64,000 nt of DNA from Nannocystis bainbridge. GTDB taxonomy: Bacteria > Myxococcota_A > Polyangia > Nannocystales > Nannocystaceae. Location of the stretch: positions 1,376,001 to 1,440,000 of the forward strand of contig NZ_JAQNDL010000002.1 of the NCBI RefSeq assembly GCF_028368995.1. The letters are read 5' to 3'. The translations under genes and the position numbers were made by a program. Position 1 is the first letter of the stretch. Every line of letters begins with the position of its first letter. The notes beneath the pieces were generated by a model, which searched no databases, was not told where the DNA came from, and saw nothing but the letters and a program-made list of their open reading frames with translations. Below are positions 58,857 to 64,000 of this stretch, piece after piece.

Positions 58857-60293
58857 ATGATGACGATGAACAGTGATTGGCGTGTGACGGGACTCGGCCT
58901 CCTGGCCCTGCTCGGCGCGGCTTGCGGCGACAGTGTCGACAGCGGCATCACCGCTTCCGCCGGCAACACCTCGACCTCGGGCGATTCGACCGACGGCACG
59001 GCCACGACCTCGCCGGGCTCGAATTCCAACAGCGAAACCAACAACCCGACGTCGACCACCGCCGGCTCCGAGTCCAACTCCGACTCCGAGGGCGAGACCA
59101 CCAGCGTCTCGACGACGGACGAGACGACCGAAGGCGGCACGAGCACGACGGATCCTGGCACGACGACGGACCCCGGCACCACGACCGATCCGGGCACCAC
59201 GACGAGCACGACCGACCCCGTCGACACCACCACGACCACCGACACCACCGGCGTCGAGAGCACCACCACCGGCAACGAGACCGGCGGCGACGAGTGCCCG
59301 CTGGCGCAGATGCACCTGCCGTGCGACGCCGACTCCAACGAGGCCCTGCACGCGCTCGGCCTCAACTGCACCTCGCTCGGCGGGCAGTGGACCAACAACC
59401 AGAACGCGGTCACGGTCGCCAACGCGACCTTCCAGGCCGCGCCGGCGCAGGGCAACTTCCGCTCGTGGCAGGTCGCCAAGTCGTACGGCACCTATATCGA
59501 CCCGAACACCAACGCGCCGTTCTGGGGTTCGCGCGAGGGCGACAAGGTCCTGCTCATCAGCTCGGGCCTGCTGCCGCAGCCGAACGGGCAGGGCGCGGTG
59601 ATCGTGCAGGACGGCGACGTGTACAACGACGTCGCGATCGGCGGCCAGTGGGACTCGAACTCGATGCCCCCGCCGATGACCGCGGTCAACGGCAGCCCCG
59701 ACCCGATGGGCTTCACCAACTGTGACGGCACCAACGACTGCTCGAACACCATCTCGGCGCAGTGGGCCCTCGGCGGCGGCAACGCCGAGGACAAGATGTG
59801 GTTCGGCTTCGAGGTGACCGCCCCGGCGATCGCCAGCGGCCAGATCGCCGACGCCAACGGCTACACCTTCGACTTCGCCTACTTCTCGGCCGAGTTCCCC
59901 GAGTACGTCGGCACCCAGTACAACGACATCTTCGTCGTCTGGCAGTCGTCGGAGGACTACACCGGCAACGTCACCTTCATCAACGGGCAGCCGCTCACGG
60001 TGACCGCGCTGTGGCCGATCGATTTCCAGGGCGAGTGCGACTTCTTCGACCCGAATTGTTCCGGGTCCGATCCGCACCTGCAGGGCACCGGCCACATCAA
60101 CGACGGCGGCGCGACCGGCTGGTACAAGGCGACCGGCGGCGTGAAGCCGGGCGAGACTTTCTCGCTGACCTTCGCCATCTTCGACATGGGCGACTCGGAC
60201 TTCGACACCACCGCGCTCCTCGACAACTGGTCGTGGGACTGCGAGGGTTGCGTGCCCAACGAGGTCGACGACTGCGGGGTCGCGCCGCAGTGA
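58857..60293 (+). CDS. Lipoprotein with Thr/Ser-rich linker and choice-of-anchor-L-like domain
   Basis: GAAC lipobox; TTDPGT repeats; FAYFSAEFPEYVGTQYNDIF; LTFAIFDMGDS.FDT. Confidence 0.85.
   Translation: MMTMNSDWRVTGLGLLALLGAACGDSVDSGITASAGNTSTSGDSTDGTATTSPGSNSNSETNNPTSTTAGSESNSDSEGETTSVSTTDETTEGGTSTTDPGTTTDPGTTTDPGTTTSTTDPVDTTTTTDTTGVESTTTGNETGGDECPLAQMHLPCDADSNEALHALGLNCTSLGGQWTNNQNAVTVANATFQAAPAQGNFRSWQVAKSYGTYIDPNTNAPFWGSREGDKVLLISSGLLPQPNGQGAVIVQDGDVYNDVAIGGQWDSNSMPPPMTAVNGSPDPMGFTNCDGTNDCSNTISAQWALGGGNAEDKMWFGFEVTAPAIASGQIADANGYTFDFAYFSAEFPEYVGTQYNDIFVVWQSSEDYTGNVTFINGQPLTVTALWPIDFQGECDFFDPNCSGSDPHLQGTGHINDGGATGWYKATGGVKPGETFSLTFAIFDMGDSDFDTTALLDNWSWDCEGCVPNEVDDCGVAPQ
59145..59199 (+). 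repeat. 18-bp coding tandem repeat (TTDPGT x3)
   Basis: acgacggatcctggcacg / acgacggaccccggcacc / acgaccgatccgggcacc. Confidence 0.8.
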
Positions 60294-60544
60294 GGCGTGG
60301 CGGCGGCCGGTGAACGCGGCCGCGACACTCCACGCTCGACGTGAAGCACGGACCCCGGGACTCCCGGGGTTCGTCGCGATGGGTGGCCTCGCCGACCGCG
60401 TCGCGCTCGCAGAACAGCGTGAACATCAGGTGGGGTCGCGGTCGGGACCGCGGGATCGCGCCACGTCGGCCGTAGCGGCGGCTCGCGGGCGCGCGCGAAG
60501 TCCGCTTTACGTCCTGAGGGTCTCTCGCGTACCGTGCGGGCCGC

Positions 60545-61693
60545 ATGCGTCGCCTCGCGGTCGTCCTCCTCCTGTCGTGCTCTTCTCTCGTCGCCTGTGC
60601 TCAGTTCGGCGCGCTGTTCGGCGCCAAGCCGCAGCAGCAGCCCGAGACTCAGGAGCAAGCGGCGGCGCGCGAGCGGGCCGCCGCGGCCGAGCAGCAGAAG
60701 GAGGAGCAGCGGCAGCAGGAGGCGGCGGCCGAGGCCGAGCGGAAGGAGCAGGCGCTGCTCGCCGAGCTCGACGCGGCGCGCGCCGGGGCGTCCTCCGGGA
60801 CCGCGGACCCGGCCGCCGCGATCGCGTTCGTCGACAAGGTCCGCGCGCTCGATGGTTCGCAAGCGGCCGCCAGCGGCAAGGTCGACCTCGCGGTGCTGTC
60901 GCGCGAGGCGGCCGGCTACGTCGATGCGGCCATGCAGAAGGCGCCGAGCTTCGAGCTGCTGCGCGCGCTCGACTCGCTGCGCGGACCGGAGGCCGACGCT
61001 GCGTTCGTGCGCGCGTGTCCGGTCCTGCGGCCGAAGGTCCCGGCGCAGGCCGTGATCGGCTTCACCGGTGACTGTCTCAAGCGCGCCGGCGGCGAGGCCG
61101 CTCGCCTGAAGTGGTCCGGCGTGCAGAAGGATCTGGTCGCCTATCGCAAACACGAAGAGGCCGAGCTCCGGCGCGCGCGCGAGGAGGAGGCCCGGCGCGC
61201 CGAGGAGGAGGCCGCGCGGGCCAAGGAAGAGGCGGCCCAGGCGTCGCGCGGCGAGAGCTACGTCGCGGCCGCCGTGTTCGCCGCCGGGCGCTGCAACTTC
61301 GGCAACTGCGCCAAGGACGGCTGGACCGTGAACACGCCCGAGGGCGACGTGAAGGTCCGCTGCAACTTCGGCAACTGCCTCAAGGAAGGTTGGGTCGCCG
61401 ACTTTCCTGGTGGCAAGAGCGCCCGCACGACCTGCAGCTTCGGCGACTGCTTCAAGGACGGCTGGCGCACCGACCTGCCCGACGGCCAGAGCGCGAGCAC
61501 CCGCTGCAGCTTCAACAATTGCCCCAAGGACGGCTGGAGCACCGACATCCCCGGCCTCGGGACCGCGACCACGCGCTGCAACTTTCAAGACTGTCTCAAG
61601 GACGGCTGGACCACCGACCTGCCGCGCGGCGGTCAGGTCCGCTGTCGCTGCAACTTTCAGGACTGTCTGAGCAATGGCGCCACTTGTGATTAG
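60545..61693 (+). CDS. Lipoprotein with six C-terminal CxFxxCxKDGW repeats
   Basis: LVAC lipobox, coiled coils, 23-24 aa Cys repeats. Confidence 0.85.
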   Translation: MRRLAVVLLLSCSSLVACAQFGALFGAKPQQQPETQEQAAARERAAAAEQQKEEQRQQEAAAEAERKEQALLAELDAARAGASSGTADPAAAIAFVDKVRALDGSQAAASGKVDLAVLSREAAGYVDAAMQKAPSFELLRALDSLRGPEADAAFVRACPVLRPKVPAQAVIGFTGDCLKRAGGEAARLKWSGVQKDLVAYRKHEEAELRRAREEEARRAEEEAARAKEEAAQASRGESYVAAAVFAAGRCNFGNCAKDGWTVNTPEGDVKVRCNFGNCLKEGWVADFPGGKSARTTCSFGDCFKDGWRTDLPDGQSASTRCSFNNCPKDGWSTDIPGLGTATTRCNFQDCLKDGWTTDLPRGGQVRCRCNFQDCLSNGATCD

Positions 61694-61866
61694 TTCGGCC
61701 GCGGGGCCTTGCCTGCCTGTCATCCAGGTGTCTTCGGCGCGGACTGCGCGGGGCGCGAATCTGGAGACGTCCGCCGATCGGAACTGTGACGCGACAGCGA
61801 GGGGTCGCGCGGATATAGTGAGTCCGGATAGCTGCGGCGCCGCTCCAGCGCCGTGACAAGCGCTTT

Positions 61867-63648
61867 ATGACGACCCGGCGACAGCCTCGCGCCAACCGAG
61901 AACCGGTCGATCCTCTCATCGGGGCGACCATCGCCGGCAAGTACCACATCACCCGATTGCTCGCGCGGGGCGGCATGGGTCTCGTCTACCTGGCGCGGCA
62001 GATGTCGCTCGAGGGCGGCGAGAGGGACGTCGTCGTCAAGGTGCTCGCGCCCAACTGGATCGACAACGCCGAGGCCGTCGGCCGCTTCGAGCGCGAGGGC
62101 CAGCGGCTCGGCGAGCTGCAGCACGCCAACATCGTCACGCTGCACGACTGCGGCCACGAGAACGGCGTCGCTTATCTGGTGATGGAGTACCTCGCGGGCG
62201 AGCTGCTGAGCGACTACCTCGCGCGCAAGGGTCGGCTGACGGTCGAGGAGTTCGTGCCGATCGCCGCCCAGATCTTGAAGGGCATCGGCTACGCCCACTC
62301 GCGCGGGCTCATGCACCGCGACCTCAAGCCGAGCAACATCATGTTGATGGTCCGCAAGGGCCGCGCCAACTACGTCAAGATCCTCGACTTCGGCATGGCC
62401 AAGTTGGTCGAGGGCGAGCGCGAGGTGACGGCCGAGCAGATCGTCGGCACCGCCAACTACATCTCGCCGGAGCAGATCCGCGGCGAGACGCTCGACGTGC
62501 GGGTCGACGTCTACGCGCTCGGGATCCTGTTCTACTCCATGCTCGCGGGGCGCTTGCCGTTCGAGGGCGAGGGCAACGCGGCGCTGCTCTACAAGCACGT
62601 GCATCAGGCCCCGCCGCTGCTGGGCGACGTCCTGCCGCCGAACCACGGCGTGCCCGACGATCTGATCGCCATGGTCCACCGCTGCCTGGCCAAGCAGGTC
62701 GACGAGCGGCCGGCCGACGCCAACGAGATGGTCGAGGCGATCATCGATTCGTGCCCGGCTTCGATGTTCCACCTGCCCGTCGCCGAGGGCGTGGCCGCGA
62801 CTTCGCACGCGACCGGCAGCATGGTCGCCACGCCGACCTCCGACCTGCTGCGCACCGCGCCGTATCGGACCCGCGGCACCGGCCGCATGCGGCCGGTGGT
62901 GATGCCGACGATCCCGCCGTCGCAGGCGAGCGGCGGCTTCTCCACCACGATGATCGCGCCGGAGCCCGACCGGGGCACGCGCACCTGGGCGCTGATCGGC
63001 GGCGCGGTCCTGGCGGTGCTGCTCGGCGGCATCGCCACGGCGGCGCTGTGGAACGGCGGCGGCAGCACGACCCCGGCGGTCGGCACCGGCGTGACCGACG
63101 AGAAGCGCCTGGCCGCCCAGCTCGATCAGGTCGAGCGCGAGATCCTCGGCGGCGAGTTCGACAAGGCCCGCCGCCACCTCGACGGCATGGCCCGCGACCT
63201 CGAGCCGTACCCGGTGCTCAGGCGGCGGGCGGAGACGAGCCTGACCCGGATCGCGGTCGCCAGCACGCTCGGGCTGGCGCATCGGCTCGAGAAGGAGGGC
63301 AACCTCCCGGCGGCCATCAGCGCCTATCGCGACATCCTCGCCATCGAGGCCAGCCACGCCGAGGCCAAGGCCTCGATCGCCCGCCTCACCGTCGCCGTCG
63401 ATCCGCCGGCGCCCGAGCCCGAGGCCGAGCCGAGCGGGCAACCCAGGCCCGGCGCCGGCAAGGCCCGCCCGGGCGCGGTGAAGCCTGGCGGTCGTCCGGA
63501 GCCCGCGGGCACGCCGGCGCCCGTCGAACCGGCGCCCGAGCCCGCGGGGGCGAAACAGCCCGCGCCGGCGCCGGCCAAGGATCCGTTCTTGCCGGTCGCG
63601 AAGAAGGACGACGGCGGTATCTTCCTACCTGTCGGAGGCAACAAGTGA
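61867..63648 (+). CDS. Membrane Ser/Thr protein kinase (Hanks type) with extracellular TPR
   Basis: GGMGLVY, VVVK, HRDLKPSN, DFG, GTANYISPEQ; TM; TPR-like C-terminus. Confidence 0.95.
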   Translation: MTTRRQPRANREPVDPLIGATIAGKYHITRLLARGGMGLVYLARQMSLEGGERDVVVKVLAPNWIDNAEAVGRFEREGQRLGELQHANIVTLHDCGHENGVAYLVMEYLAGELLSDYLARKGRLTVEEFVPIAAQILKGIGYAHSRGLMHRDLKPSNIMLMVRKGRANYVKILDFGMAKLVEGEREVTAEQIVGTANYISPEQIRGETLDVRVDVYALGILFYSMLAGRLPFEGEGNAALLYKHVHQAPPLLGDVLPPNHGVPDDLIAMVHRCLAKQVDERPADANEMVEAIIDSCPASMFHLPVAEGVAATSHATGSMVATPTSDLLRTAPYRTRGTGRMRPVVMPTIPPSQASGGFSTTMIAPEPDRGTRTWALIGGAVLAVLLGGIATAALWNGGGSTTPAVGTGVTDEKRLAAQLDQVEREILGGEFDKARRHLDGMARDLEPYPVLRRRAETSLTRIAVASTLGLAHRLEKEGNLPAAISAYRDILAIEASHAEAKASIARLTVAVDPPAPEPEAEPSGQPRPGAGKARPGAVKPGGRPEPAGTPAPVEPAPEPAGAKQPAPAPAKDPFLPVAKKDDGGIFLPVGGNK

Positions 63649-64000
63649 TGCGAGGTCGCGCGCGAGACCGTAGAGGTTCGCAACGTGGGGTCGCCGCGGC
63701 GCTGGCGGCGTCGCTGGTCTTCGGGGTCGCCCCCGGAACTCAGGGACAGGTCCTTGCGGCCATGTCCTTTGCGACAGGTCCCAGCGAGCAGGCGGCGAAC
63801 CAGCCGTCGGCCGCCGACCTGAGCGCGCAGGCGATCGAGCGCTTCCAGGCCCGCGACTACGACGCGGCGGTGCGCCTGTTCGAGGAGGCGTACGCGATCG
63901 ACCGGGTGCCGAACTACCTGTTCAACATCGGCCGCGTGTACGAGGAGAAGGGCGACATCCGCTCGGCGGTCGACTACTACCAGCGCTTCGTCAAGGAGCC
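63648..64000 (+). CDS. Secreted TPR protein (3' truncated by the window edge)
   Basis: TGATG coupling; signal-like N-terminus, then FQARDYDAAVRLFEEAYAIDRVPNYLFNIGRVYEEKGD...AVDYYQRF. Confidence 0.85.
   Translation, partial: MRGRARDRRGSQRGVAAALAASLVFGVAPGTQGQVLAAMSFATGPSEQAANQPSAADLSAQAIERFQARDYDAAVRLFEEAYAIDRVPNYLFNIGRVYEEKGDIRSAVDYYQRFVKE

Overview
Very GC-rich, gene-dense chromosomal window. Gene content suggests a myxobacterium, probably Nannocystaceae/Nannocystis-like (inference from Thr/Ser-rich lipoproteins, AgmX/PglI-type C-terminal domains, a Hanks kinase followed by a TPR gene, and a DUF4175-ECF sigma cluster). It holds about 50 CDS and two tRNAs (Glu-TTC, Lys-TTT). Recognisable genes include csrA, an ECF sigma/anti-sigma pair followed by a long transglycosylase, a beta-barrel and PBP1A, the CBS + cystathionine gamma-lyase/synthase pair, a GldA/F/G + DUF4340 ABC operon, several peptidases and an HTTM pair. 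No transposase, integrase, CRISPR/cas or rRNA was recognised. The main unexplained signal is a degenerate palindrome, (G)GACATGTC(C) with GACAGGTC/GACCTGTC variants, repeated at a near-strict 14-bp period so that neighbouring units form TGTC-N6-GACA. It occurs as arrays of 5-16 units, mostly just after stop codons, as one 15-unit array inside a CDS, and as more than 12 doublets or triplets in linkers, signal peptides and short intergenic gaps. All calls were made by eye, without database searches.
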